From: Eledone cirrhosa
Lineage: Eukaryota
Direction of reading: 5' to 3'
Assembly (NCBI GenBank): GCA_964016885.1
Contig: OZ024741.1
Coordinates: forward strand, 414,346,001 to 414,410,000
DNA length: 64,000 nt
The position numbers and the translations under genes were made by a program. Below, piece by piece: positions 36,420 through 47,650 of the stretch (its first letter is position 1; each line of letters opens with the position of its first letter). The notes under the pieces are model-generated. The model was not told the DNA's origin. It did no database searches and was given only the letters and a program-made list of their open reading frames with translations.

Positions 36420-36634
36420 CTCACAATAGCATCAATTAGGTAACGCTGCATCTCTCGGTCACAATGCCATATTTCTGGAATGCTTTCATGGAAGATATGT
36501 TTCTGTCCGGTTTCACTGCTGTGTCGTACCATGTGACAGTTTTGGCAATATCTGATTGGTCGGTTACCATTCTGACTAGCACAGTTGATATTAAAACAGG
36601 TACACACAGCAATGGCATTGCTTGAACGGCAGTT
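36420..36634 (-). CDS. unc-79: unc-79-like exon, Cys/His-rich (NCRSSNAIAVCTCFNINCASQNGNRPIRYCQNCHMVRHSSETGQKHIFHESIPEIWHCDREMQRYLIDAIV), 215 nt
   Basis: Acceptor ttttaacccttcAG and donor GTAAGT. CF...C...NGN.PIRYC..CH..RH matches the N-terminal region of UNC-79 as recalled. No upstream exon found in the window. Confidence 0.9.
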
Positions 36635-36695
36635 CTGAAGGGTTAAAAATAATGTCAAAATATACAAACACACACATATTGATATATATATAGAT

Positions 36696-37361
36696 TTAGT
36701 TCTTTATTTGCCACAAAGGCACACAAGAAAAGGGGACAAAACAAAGACACATGGCAGGGATTTTACATACAATCGTGTAAAAATATGAAACAAACAATTA
36801 TAACAATCGAAATCCCCAATAGGGGGGAGGCGCCACAAATGGGTTGTTTAATACCCCGTCGATAGAACAACCCTCAACTTCAGGAGCGTGTTGTGCAAGT
36901 GTTCCTTTCTTCCTTTTGCTCACTTCTTTAACCTACAGGCTTATATACAGAGAAGGCCCAATCACTCGGGCCATTTTTGCCACATTCACCCACCTTTCAG
37001 TAAATTTACTGGGGTGCAGTGCCTCTCTCTCCACTCTGATTCTCCTTCTAAAGTGATATTTAAAGAAGGGAATCAATTGTTGTCCGGAGAGAAAGGCATC
37101 TGTCCTCAGTCCTCTCAATCTCATCCACCATATAACCTCTTTCACCATAGCTACTATACAGAGGAAACCGCCTATCTTTCATTTTTGAAAGAGGCTGGCG
37201 GTTTGATCCTTACTATGGACTCGGCAGTCAACTGGATTTGTCCCATACGCGACAGCAGTTGTTCTGCATAGTTCCACAGGTCGGTTATGCCCGGGCAGTG
37301 TACAATTGCATGCAAGACAGTTTCAATGTCCTGCTCGCATCTTGGACACGTCCTCTTAGAC
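36696..37361 (-). mobile_element. 5'-truncated Tx1-family LINE (ORF2 C-terminus + 3'UTR), relative of the 18277-24119 element
   Basis: CPRCEQDIETVLHAIVHCPG...FLSGQQLI.FFKYHF...KMARVIGPSLYISL. 3'UTR ending GTGGCAAATAAAGAA. (TATC)n at the 5' junction. Confidence 0.9.
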
Positions 37362-38057
37362 ATATAGATAGATAGATATATAAGTTTGATTAAAATAACA
37401 AGAGGCCGTTCCTGCACCAGCCACAGAATTCAACATCAATGATGGCTGTGTTGTATAACGTAGAGTGCTTTCCCTACTTCTACATCATGGTTAACTAAAC
37501 GGAATGACCTGTTCTATCTAGTGGTGAACCACTAAAGATAAATGAATATATTTCATCATACATCAAATACTACCCTGATTTGTGGTTTTCTGGTTCTTTA
37601 CATGGCAAGCATCTATATATACGTATAGGAATGTATTGACGTATGTATGCATGTATATATATGTGTGTGTATGTATGTGTGTATATATTGTGGGTTTGGT
37701 GTGGCGTGCGGTGGCCGGAAGCGGGGGAGTGCTCGACCGGAAGGGTGCTTGGCTGGAAGGATGCTCGACCGGAAGGGCCAGCAGATGGCCCTCTCTAGTG
37801 GTGACCAGCAATGGTGTGGACGTGAGTTTTGGCGGCTCCCGGTGTTAAGCAGTTGGACGCACGTGGAAGAGGAGTAACTTGCAGTGGAATTTAGCGGCGC
37901 CTGTGAAAAGCGGTAAGTGAGATAGTTTTTTCTAACCACAAGCTATTTTGGCACTGGAAACTGAGATCTGATTGAAAATTAAAAAAAAAAAGCTACTGGA
38001 AAAACAAAGAGGAGCCTGTTGTTTTTTTTTATCACGTACCGCAAGACAAATTAGAAG

Positions 38058-38816
38058 ATGGCGACAAGACTTCGAACAAGCGAAGCTATCAGGGCATTTA
38101 CCGGGGTAGTTGATGTCGCTTGGCTGCGAAAAGTCCGGCTGGTCGCAAGCTTGCAGAAGATAGAAGATGTGGCTGGCCTCATGGCACTGTACCTCGAGGG
38201 GGACGCGTTGGTACTCTTCCTTGAGTTGGACGAACACAGCCAAAGAGATGCGCAAAAGATTGAGAGGCGCATGATGGAAGCGTTCGCAGAGGCACCGTTA
38301 GCCGCTTTCGCTAAGCTGGCAAGAATTAGATGGAACGGTGAAGGAGTTGACATTTTCGCAGCGGAAATACGGCGATTGGCTATGTTGGCTGGATATCAGG
38401 TGGAATGCGTACGCACGGTGTGGTTGGCGTTCATAAATGGATTTCCAGACGACATAGCGGTGAAACTGCAGCAAGTCCCGGGTTACAAAGAAATGGAAAT
38501 GCGTTCACTGGTGGAACAAGCCCGGATCATAGCAGAAGATGCCAAAAAGAGTGTTGCGGCGATAGCAACTACAGAGGGTCAAGACAGCTGGCAGCGAAAT
38601 GGTGAAAGGGAGGCAACCACGGCACGCGGTCGCCCGCGAACGTTTAGAGGTCGCTGTTTTCGGTGCCAGGGCCCGCACATGGCTAGAGACTGCAGAGAGT
38701 CAAGGCCGGAAATAATATGCTACCGGTGTAAGCGACCAGGCCACATCGCTATTAACTGCGACCAGGCAAACGATCCAAGGGGAACTACTGCGTCGGTAGT
38801 TGCCCCTTACGAGTAG
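38058..38816 (+). CDS. gag: Gag-like protein with two CCHC zinc knuckles
   Basis: CFRCQGPHMARDC and CYRCKRPGHIAINC. Capsid-like LYLEGDAL motif. Confidence 0.85.
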   Translation: MATRLRTSEAIRAFTGVVDVAWLRKVRLVASLQKIEDVAGLMALYLEGDALVLFLELDEHSQRDAQKIERRMMEAFAEAPLAAFAKLARIRWNGEGVDIFAAEIRRLAMLAGYQVECVRTVWLAFINGFPDDIAVKLQQVPGYKEMEMRSLVEQARIIAEDAKKSVAAIATTEGQDSWQRNGEREATTARGRPRTFRGRCFRCQGPHMARDCRESRPEIICYRCKRPGHIAINCDQANDPRGTTASVVAPYE

Positions 38817-41405
38817 AGGCGCTGCCCGTGGTGGAAGTCTTCGTGAGGGGGAAAGCCACAGCGAGCCCTCGTGGACACGGGCTGTACGACGACACTGGTG
38901 ACCGTGGGGGTGGCGCAGAGGTGGAGAGGGAAGAGCAGCGTAAGGGCAGTCGACGGTAGGAAAATTGAATGCCGAGGTCGCAGCGAGATGGAAATAGCGG
39001 TACGGGGAAGGAAAATAAGGCTTTCTGCCATCGTAGTAGACAGCGTGGTGGATGGGATCAGCGTGGTTATGGGCATGGACGCAATTGGCTGTCTAGGAGG
39101 CGTCACAGTGAACAACGTCGGTGTGTTGTTTGGCGCCGCTGCATCGGTATGCGCTGTGAGTGCGCGACAGAAGAACCAGAAGGCCCACAAGGAGAAATAC
39201 CCCGCTTACACTGTGCAGGACAAAGACTTCAAGGCTGTGTTCGATGGGCAGCGATGGGTTGTTGAGTGGTACTGGAAGGGAGAACCACCAACACTGAAGA
39301 CCAAAGTGGGCTGCTATCAACACACATTGAAGGGAAACATTAGGAGCGAGTTCGAGCGAGAGGTAGAGAGATGGATTGAGGAGGGCATACTGCTTCCCTG
39401 GAAAGAGGAGGTGAAGTGCGGAGTATTGCCGTTAATGGCGCAACCCACAAAGAACAAGGTGAGGCCGGTGCTGGACTTTCGGGAGCTGAACGAGCACATG
39501 TCATGCCACACGGGTGGCGAGGTCACGGATGTCTGTGGGGAAACCCTGCGTGAGTGGAGACGCATGACGGGGGGTCCAGCAATCGTCGATCTAAAGTCGG
39601 CATACTTGCAATTGCATATAGATGAGAAGCTCTGGCAGTATCAGCCGGTCAGGTATAAGGGCCGGACATATTGCCTGACCAGGCTCAGTTTCCGGCTGAG
39701 CTCCGCACCGAAGATCATGGCGGCGGTCCTCAAGACCATTCTGGGAAAGGCCGACAAGATGAAGTGGGCCACTAACTCCTATATTGATAACATCCTAGTG
39801 GACGAGTCTGTGGTGTCGGCAGCGGAGGTCACGAGCCATTTACAGGGGTACGGACTGGCTGCGAAGCCGTCAGAAGTGTTGGAGGGAGGAGCCGCGCTGG
39901 GACTTAGGCTACGGCGAGACAGGACGGGCGTCTTGGTATTCCAGAGGGGAAATGAAGTTCCAGAACTGGGCCCAAGTATGAGTAGGCGGGAGCTTTTCTC
40001 GGTGTGTGGAAAGTTGGTGGGTCACTACCCGATTTCTGGGTGGCTCCGGACGGCATGCAGCTATGTCAAGAGACGAGCGGGAGGAGTGAATTGGAGTGAC
40101 AGAGTGGGAGAGAGGACGGTGGCCATGATGCAGGAGATCGTGGGAAGGGTGAAGGCCGATGACCCAGTGCGGGGACGCTGGTATGTTCCCAAATCACAGA
40201 GCGGGACCGTATGGTGCGATGCCAGCAGCATAGCGCTGGGTGTCACGTTGGAGATAGGAGGTGTTGAGGTTGAGGATGCAGCCTGGCTTAGGAAGAAGGA
40301 CGACTGCAACCACATCAATGTGGCCGAACTGGACGCAGTGTTGAGAGGGGTGAACCTCGGCCTGAGGTGGGGACTGCGCACCATCGAGATACGCACCGAC
40401 TCGGCTACTGTACTTGGATGGGTGAGATCAGTGCTCACCAGTGAGAAGAGAGCGCGAACGAGAGGGGCGGCGGAGATGCTGATAAAGCGCCGCCTGGGAA
40501 CTTTAGGAGAGCTGGCCACCGAGTTCGACCTGACGCTGAGCGTAGTTTTCGTGCTCTCAGAGAAAAATAGGGCGGACATCTTAACTAGGGTGAAGAAAGC
40601 CTGGATGGAAGTGCCGGAGGAGGTAGAAGATGAGATAGCTGCCGTGTGTCGGCTGACCGAGTCGGATCTGAAAGGGTTGCATGACATGCACCACATGGGA
40701 GTGGATAGGAGCTTGTTCCTAGCCAGGAGAATTGACTCGGACGTTAACAGACACAGTGTTCAAAGGGTGGTTAGAGGCTGCGTCCGATGTCAGTCCATTG
40801 ATCCCGCCCCGGGTGTACACAAAACGGGAAGCCTCCCGGTGGATCGCAACTGGAAGCGATTGGCGGTGGATGTAACGCACTCCCAACAGGGAACGTACCT
40901 CTCGATGGTCGACTGTGGACCAGGACGGATGGCGATATGGAGGGAGATGAAGACTGGAACGGCCGAGGAAATCATGCGGACGTTGAGAGAGGTGTTCTTG
41001 GACGAACTGCTGATGGACAACAGCGCAGCGTTCCGCTCGGAGGCGCTGAGGGAGATACTCGATGGATGGAAGGTGGACTGTTTCTTCAGAGCAGCACACA
41101 GGCCGAGCGGGAATGGAATTGTGGAGCGACACCACCGGACGATCAAGGCAATGGAGGAGCGGGGCCATATCTCACCAATGGAGGCAGTGTTCTGGTACAA
41201 CATGTCCCCTCGGGTGGGACAGGTCGAGAAATCGGTCCCACACAGAGCAGTATTCAGATACGAGTGGCGGCACCCATGCACGCCACTACAATGGCCAGTG
41301 GGGAGAGAGAGTGCACTTGTGCAGGTGGGCGAAGAAGTCTGGGTTAAGCCCCCAGATGCACGTTGCACATCTCAATGGGGAAGGGGAACGGTGACGGCGG
41401 TAAAT
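38770..41405 (+). pseudogene. pol: pol (aspartic protease, RT, RNase H, DDE integrase), inactivated
   Basis: Protease ALVDTG. RT RPVLDFRELN, VDLKSAYLQL and YIDN (catalytic DD changed to DN). RNase H WCDAS, HINVAELDAV, IRTDS, NRAD. Integrase HHCC finger H..HH.G...CVRC, LAVD, LLMDN, GNGIVERHHRTIK. There is a 1-nt frameshift at ~38846-38854. Confidence 0.88.
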
Positions 41406-41942
41406 TCATGTATGTGTATACACACTCATGTATGTATATACACTGGTTTTATGTGTGTATTGTAAATTTGTACTGTTAAAACACGAAACTAACATTCGAT
41501 TGACACTTTGATTACCTGTACAGGCAATAGTTATTAGAATGCTGTTGAAGTGTGTATATATTTTTGGGGGACATCCTGTATATACACACATTATATATAA
41601 TACAATAAACAGATAAATACACACATATATATATGAGCTTATTTAATTATAAATATTGTGAATTTTTAACTCAGTTCAATTATATATATAAATGGCTTCT
41701 ACAGGACTAGAACTGTTTCATTCGAAAGAAATCATCATAATATTGAGAGGGGGGACTAGATAAAATATTTCAAATCAAATGTGTATAAGTTATAAGTTAA
41801 AATGTATAAATAGAGACGATAGTGGAGGTATATCTGTTTAGTGGAACAGTAGACGATAGAATTAAATACAGACGAGAATCTCCCTTTAATGAAACAGCAG
41901 ACGATAGAATTAAGGCAATTTAAATTTTAAGCATTTGCATTT

Positions 41943-41992
41943 TTGCCTTTCATCGTTACGGGGTCGATAAAATAAAGTACCAGTAATACACT
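41943..41992 (+). mobile_element. Partial SINE core
   Basis: TTGCCTTTCATCGTTACGGGGTCGATAAAATAAAGTACCAGTAATACACTG matches 24719-24770. Confidence 0.7.
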
Positions 41993-42362
41993 GTCACTAG
42001 ACGACTTTCAAATTGAATTGTTGGTTCCATTTCTTTAGTATTTTCAATTGTAGTTATCTACTTAAAAAGCGTTACACGGTTAGAGACATAATTCGTAAGT
42101 TATATCTTCCCTATTAAACCATTGCATTATTTCGCCTACAATAGAACAAAAATGAAATGTTCTTTAAAGAAACAGGAATATAACTTTATAAAAAAAAAAG
42201 TTGCATCCGCTTCTTTTATCATTGATAATTTTTTCGTTTTAATATTAATTGTTTTTTGTAGTTGTTTATATTAAAAATCTTACTGTAATATTTACTTAAA
42301 CGAAGGCAAACATCTAAACTTATAGATTAATCTTGAGCGAAGGACTAGATAAATCTCTCTCC

Positions 42363-42416
<54 letters not shown>

Positions 42417-42805
42417 GAAGAATGATAAAATTTCAAGCAAAGAGTTTAATTAGGTATATTTTGTAATATTATTAACTAATTATTATAATTAACGCGCATA
42501 TTTTGCTATCCTCAAACACGTTTACACATGGCATGAAATATAACTAATCCGAGATGGCTAGGTTTCATCTTCTAACTGGATATACGAAATCCATTATGTC
42601 TTGACAACAACATGAGGTAACATTATGTTATTCACAGACACACTTTGTACACTGTTCCATATCAGAATGTATTTCCTTCGTCACATTCACAAACAGTATT
42701 GAAAATATGTTCTTCGGCAAATAAAAATGTTTTGTTCATAATATTTCAACTAGCGATTGCTCTACTCCACGCACGACCACCATAAATTAATGACCAGCTC
42801 AACAC

Positions 42806-42980
42806 AAGTATTGGTAGAGCGTCAGACACCATGCTTTGCAGTATTGTTATGGTCCTTTGCATTCTAAGTTCAAATCCTGCCGAGGTTAACTTCGACTTTC
42901 ATACTTACTAATTCGATAAAATAAAGTACCAGTAATGGACTGCCGTAATGGATTTGTGCCGAAAAATAGAAACACTATTA
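42806..42980 (+). mobile_element. Diverged tRNA-derived SINE copy
   Basis: GTATTGGTAGAGCGTCAGACACCATGCTTTGCAGTA...AAGTTCAAATCCTGCCGAGGTTAACTT...GATAAAATAAAGTACCAGTAATG. Confidence 0.75.
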
Positions 42981-43530
42981 ATGTGCAATAAGAGCAAAAT
43001 ATAACGACATTGCTCAATTATTTTATCTAATGTTGTAATAACACAAGGAAATGTTGTTTGTGTATTTTTTTTTATATTTGCTCATAGGCTTTTACAATTT
43101 CGCTCAGCCAACAACTATTAAAAAGTGAGTTGCTTAAGATAACAATTTAATCACAAATTGTTGCTATCTTTTAATACACTCCAACAAGTCATCAAATTAT
43201 GTACAATAAAAACAAATCTTATTAATTTGCTCAGGGAATATAAAGAAAATGTATATACACTGATAATTGCAATTGTATGTAAATATTTTGTTTTTGTATT
43301 GTATATTTTATGTTTTCTATTATGTATAATATATTGATTTAATATTGATTGTTTTTTGTAGTTGTTTATATTAAAAGTCTGAAAATATTTTTATACATCT
43401 TACACTAATATTTATAAGATAATTTATAATAACAATTACATAATCTAATTACATTACAACGATAATTTATTATTAATATATATCCTGTTTAACTAGAGTT
43501 ATTACAAGCGTTGCCTTAAAAAAATATTAA

Positions 43531-44487
43531 ACTAGACATGAAAAATGCGCAAGCTCAAAAGTGCCACAGAATGTTATAATAAACCTTCAAAAGTGTGGGA
43601 CTAGAGTTGTTGCTAAAAAATATTGTAATCATTATATATCGTACATTCTGTGGCATCCTTTATAAAAATAGCTTAAACCAACGAAGCCTTTATTTTTACG
43701 CTATTTCACTTAGTTAATTCTTAGAGTGTAACATATAAAAATAAATACATCTATGTTTAATGTAATAACAGCTATAAATAATTACGTAATATTATTATCA
43801 TATACTCATAGTAACAAAATAATTGTGTTGAAACTTAATATGATGCTTATATGAACGATCAAATCTATAATGATAATTTCTTAAATATACTAATAGTAAA
43901 ATAATTTAGTTATCTATTGTTACATTTTCATAGAACTATAATATTAACAATCGTATTGCATTATCAAATTTTTATCACTACAAACTTTCATATTGGAATT
44001 ACCTTAAGCCACTTATTATTACTTCGCTTTCGTACTTTTACAGCTGTAGATATTGCGCTGTATCTTATATCTAATATCAATATCTCGTGGTAATTTGCAT
44101 GAAGTGTAAAATAGGTTTATTAATAACTTTAATATGAAATGTATTATACAGGGCTGCGGAGTCGGCCAAAAATTGACTGGCTCCAACTCAGGATCCGATA
44201 CTCCATTATTTCCTAAATTTCAGCTCCGCAGCTCTGTTATTATATTAATTAATTTATTTTATAGTTGTAAATCATATTTTTATATGTTACACTCTAAGAA
44301 TTAACTAAGTGAAATAGCGTAAAAATAAAGGCTTCGTTGGTTTAAGCTATTTTTATAAAGGATGCCACAGAATGTACGATATATAATGATTACAATATTT
44401 TTTAGCAACAACTCTAGTCCCACACTTTTGAAGGTTTATTATAACATTCTGTGGCACTTTTGAGCTTGCGCATTTTTCATGTCTAGT
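43531..44487. mobile_element. 957-bp foldback/MITE-like element with apparently perfect 213-bp inverted arms (43531-43743 and 44275-44487)
   Basis: ACTAGACATGAAAAATGCGCAAGCTC...GTAACATATAAAAATA read against its reverse complement; I saw no mismatch by eye. Confidence 0.85.
44149..44236. mobile_element. 88-bp mini-MITE nested in the foldback spacer, possibly hAT-type
   Basis: Termini CAGGGCTGCGGAG and CTCCGCAGCTCTG. Near-identical 8-bp flanks GTATTATA and TTATTATA. Confidence 0.55.
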
Positions 44488-45877
44488 ATATATATAGACA
44501 CATATATTCACGGTGCAACGGTACATTAAAATATAGATGCGGGAGGGGGGGTGTATATATAGGGGCGCTGGGGATAAAGGAGTGTAAAGCGTGTGTAATT
44601 GATATATTGAAGGAGAGGAGCGTGCAGCGATAGAGTAACAAATATATAGAGAGGGGAGAGATGGTATTGAAGGGGAGGAGTGCAAAGCGAAAGAGTAAGA
44701 GATATATATAGAGACGGAACAGATAGAGAGAAACAGGCGTAAGTAACAGTGGAAGAGATATATAGAGAGGTACTCTGATTGGTTGAAAATTAGCCAATGA
44801 CATACGATCACCACCACCACGGCTATCCCCGAAAAATTTTTAAAGAAGCTAGGCATATATGTTAGAACACGAAAAGTGAACATTCTGTTGTTTCACACTT
44901 TTCGTGTTCTAACAGATATTGATGTACAGTGGCACTTTGTATGGAATATTCAATTGTAGCACTATATAATAGGGAGTAATCAACTTAATATAGATACTTT
45001 TAGTACATCATGATAGAGTAGACTGTATTTAAAATTGGAGACTAGATATAAATGTATAACCGTCTATATAAGGAACTCAATTGAGGCGCCTTACAATGTA
45101 TGTTAGAACAATGAATTTAGTTATGAGATTCGCATTAACTCCCCTTAATTACACACATACTTCCGGGTAATAAACTGCTGTAAATTCTCACAGCAGAATC
45201 AACCTATTCTATAAACTTGGATTAAATCACACTGAGCCTCAATACGCTAAAATAATTTATTTTAATGCATCAAACATTCAATATGGAATCATTGTTACTT
45301 ATATGATGGATGTAGAAACTATATCTTACTTTTTCTGAATGTGAAAATGATGGTGGATACGAAAACCATAACTTTCTTTTGCTGCTTCTTTTTATTTTTC
45401 TGCACACATACTTTTTTGTTCTATACAAAAGTACCTTACCACTACAACCACCATAATAACCTTGCTTACCCGCTTAAAGTGCTTGCATTACGTGTAACAC
45501 CCTGCCACACAATAATAGTATAAAAATGAGACACACTTGCATGCTCCACATGTAACTAACGCATACACTACCTACTAGACCTGACTATCAAACTATCCTC
45601 TTGCATTATCTGTGTTATCTGCCGAATGTATTTTAATTTTGATTTTGATTTTGAATTTCAATTGCTGTACAAAAATAGTATAGTGTAATATATGTCACTC
45701 CACTGTACATCAATATATATATATGTATCAGTATGTCTCTTGCGTTGGAAAGGAGGTCAATTATGTGTACAAACATTGAAAAATGCTCCGAAGACTCCAA
45801 GCCTAGGTTTGGATGAAACAATTGTAAGTGAATAAATGCTTTGAACATAGCTTTGATTCTTGTGAATTATATATATA

Positions 45878-45953
45878 TAATTGTTTCTACTTTTACCCAG
45901 TACATTACTGGTACTTTATTTTATCGACCCCGTAAGGATGAAAGGCAAAGTTA
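45878..45953 (-). mobile_element. SINE 3' half
   Basis: Reverse complement of TAACTTTGCCTTTCATCCTTACGGGGTCGATAAAATAAAGTACCAGTAATGTACTGGGTAAAAGTAGAAACAATT. Confidence 0.8.
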
Positions 45954-45956
45954 ATC

Positions 45957-46228
45957 GACATAGATGCCAACTTAAAGAATGCCACACTACTGAAATATGC
46001 AGTTGACATCAAGCTGTACTTTGAGATAAAAAGGACAAGTCCTGTATGCTATAGATCTTTCCTGCAATCAGACCTGGACACAATGCAGCAATGGATCTCA
46101 GACTGGCCACTCAAGCATGCTGGACAAGTGCACCACCATGCATTTTGGGAGTAAAAACCCAGCGTCCACATACTCCCTCCACAGCACTAATATCAAGAAG
46201 TCTTCTTGTGAACGTGACCTGGGCATTA
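45957..46228 (+). mobile_element. CR1/L2-like RT fragment, inverted duplicate of 46372-46643
   Basis: GACATAGATGCCAACTTAAAGAATGCCACACTACTGAAATATGCAG...GAACGTGACCTGGGCATTA matches the minus-strand copy with scattered substitutions. Confidence 0.85.
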
Positions 46229-46256
46229 AATAATGAAATTATTGTGTACTACGTCT

Positions 46257-46304
46257 AACCCATGCTAGCGTGGAAGATAGACATTAAACGATGATGATGA
46301 TGAT
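46257..46304 (+). mobile_element. RTE/SINE 3' tail stub with (GAT)n
   Basis: AACCCATGCTAGCGTGGAAGATAGACATTAAAC(GAT)n matches 29883-29930. Confidence 0.75.
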
Positions 46305-46309
46305 AATAT

Positions 46310-47650
46310 ACCCTCGGCCTCCTCAACAATTTTAGAGACGTGCTTCGTCCAACGCAAATCACTGCTGACAGTAATGCCCAGGTCACGTTCACAAGAAAAC
46401 TTCTTGATATTAGTGCTGTGGAGGTAGTATGTGGACGCTGGGTTTTTCCTCCCCAAATGCATGGTGGTGCACTTGTCCAGCCTGCTTGAGTTGCAAGTCC
46501 ATAATCCATTGTTGCATTGTGTCCAGGACTGATTGCAGGAAAGATCTATAGTGTTCAGGATCTGTCCTTTTTATCTCAAGGTACAGCTTGATGTCATCTG
46601 CATATTTCAGTAGTGTGGCATTCTTTAAGTTGGCATCTATGTCATTAATATATGCAACAAACAAAAGGGGGCCAAGAACAGATCCCTGTGGTACACCAGA
46701 TGACATCTCATATGGTGAGGAATGCTGTCCCAGAACCGTGACTACCTCTCTTCGACTGAGAATGAAGGACTTCAACCAATTAAAAAGATCATCCTTCACA
46801 CCCATTGCAGAGATTTTTGCCATATGTCTTTTGTGTGGCACAGGATTAAAAGCTTTAGCTAAGTCAAGGTAAACAACATCCACCCATGAGCCGCCATCAG
46901 TGATCCGAGTGATGTCTTCAAGAAACTTGATAAGTTGACCACAGCAGCTGGAGTTAGGGATAAATCCAAATTGCGAGGGCCGGATAAGACTGAGAGTTCC
47001 AGAAGTTCCAAAGTGTTTCTCTGACACAGGATTCCCTCAGTTTGGCAATGTAGCTAGTAAGACTGACTGGACGATAGTTCACAGGTGTTGTGCAGTCACC
47101 CTTTTTGAACAGAGGAATTACACTGGCAGTTTTCCACTGTTCTGCAGTAGCACCGTTGTTCAGACAGAATTGGAAGAGTGAAAGCTAGTGCAGAAGGAAA
47201 TACCCACCACGTTTGAATGTACATATTTCCAGAACACCTTACTGTCAGGGTTGGTTGCTATGCACAGTTCAAATTCAAGCACTTCCTTTTTTGTCACCTG
47301 CTTGAGATGGTTGGATGATTTATTGCACTTTTTTCTATTGATATCTGATTTATGCAGTTTGTATTCCCATTCAGCATCACAACGTTCTTTCTTGGCCAGT
47401 CAGACCGCTGCAGTCTCCTAAATTGCACTTTTGGGATGTTTTTTTCTGTTTACATGGCACTGATGTTGCACATGCTGTCCATATTGAGTTCAGGATGTTC
47501 TGAAGTACAGTGTTCACATCCCCAGAGTTGTAAAATTCAAGTCAGTTTGGAGATGGTTGTGGTTTTTGATACTGCCCATAAGGGACAGATTGGCAATGAT
47601 CATAGCATGATCAGAGTCACCTAAAGGTCCTTCAGTAGTGACACTAATAA
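46310..47650 (-). pseudogene. Decayed CR1/L2-type LINE ORF2 fragment (end of endonuclease to RT)
   Basis: QFGF..NSSC..QL, VDVVYLDLAKAF, SGVPQGSVLGPLLFVAYIND, KYADDIKL, ERDLGI. Upstream PLFKKG...NYRPVSLTS and GPLGDSDH remnants. Confidence 0.85.

Larger units (their letters stand above)
37689..41405 (+). mobile_element. Decayed, 3'-truncated LTR retrotransposon with Gypsy-type order gag-PR-RT-RH-IN; candidate 5' LTR 37689-37940 (TGTGG...CCACA); no 3' LTR
   Basis: GC-rich block containing gag and pol ORFs that ends abruptly at 41405 in (TA/TG)-rich DNA. The LTR limits are tentative. Confidence 0.85.
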
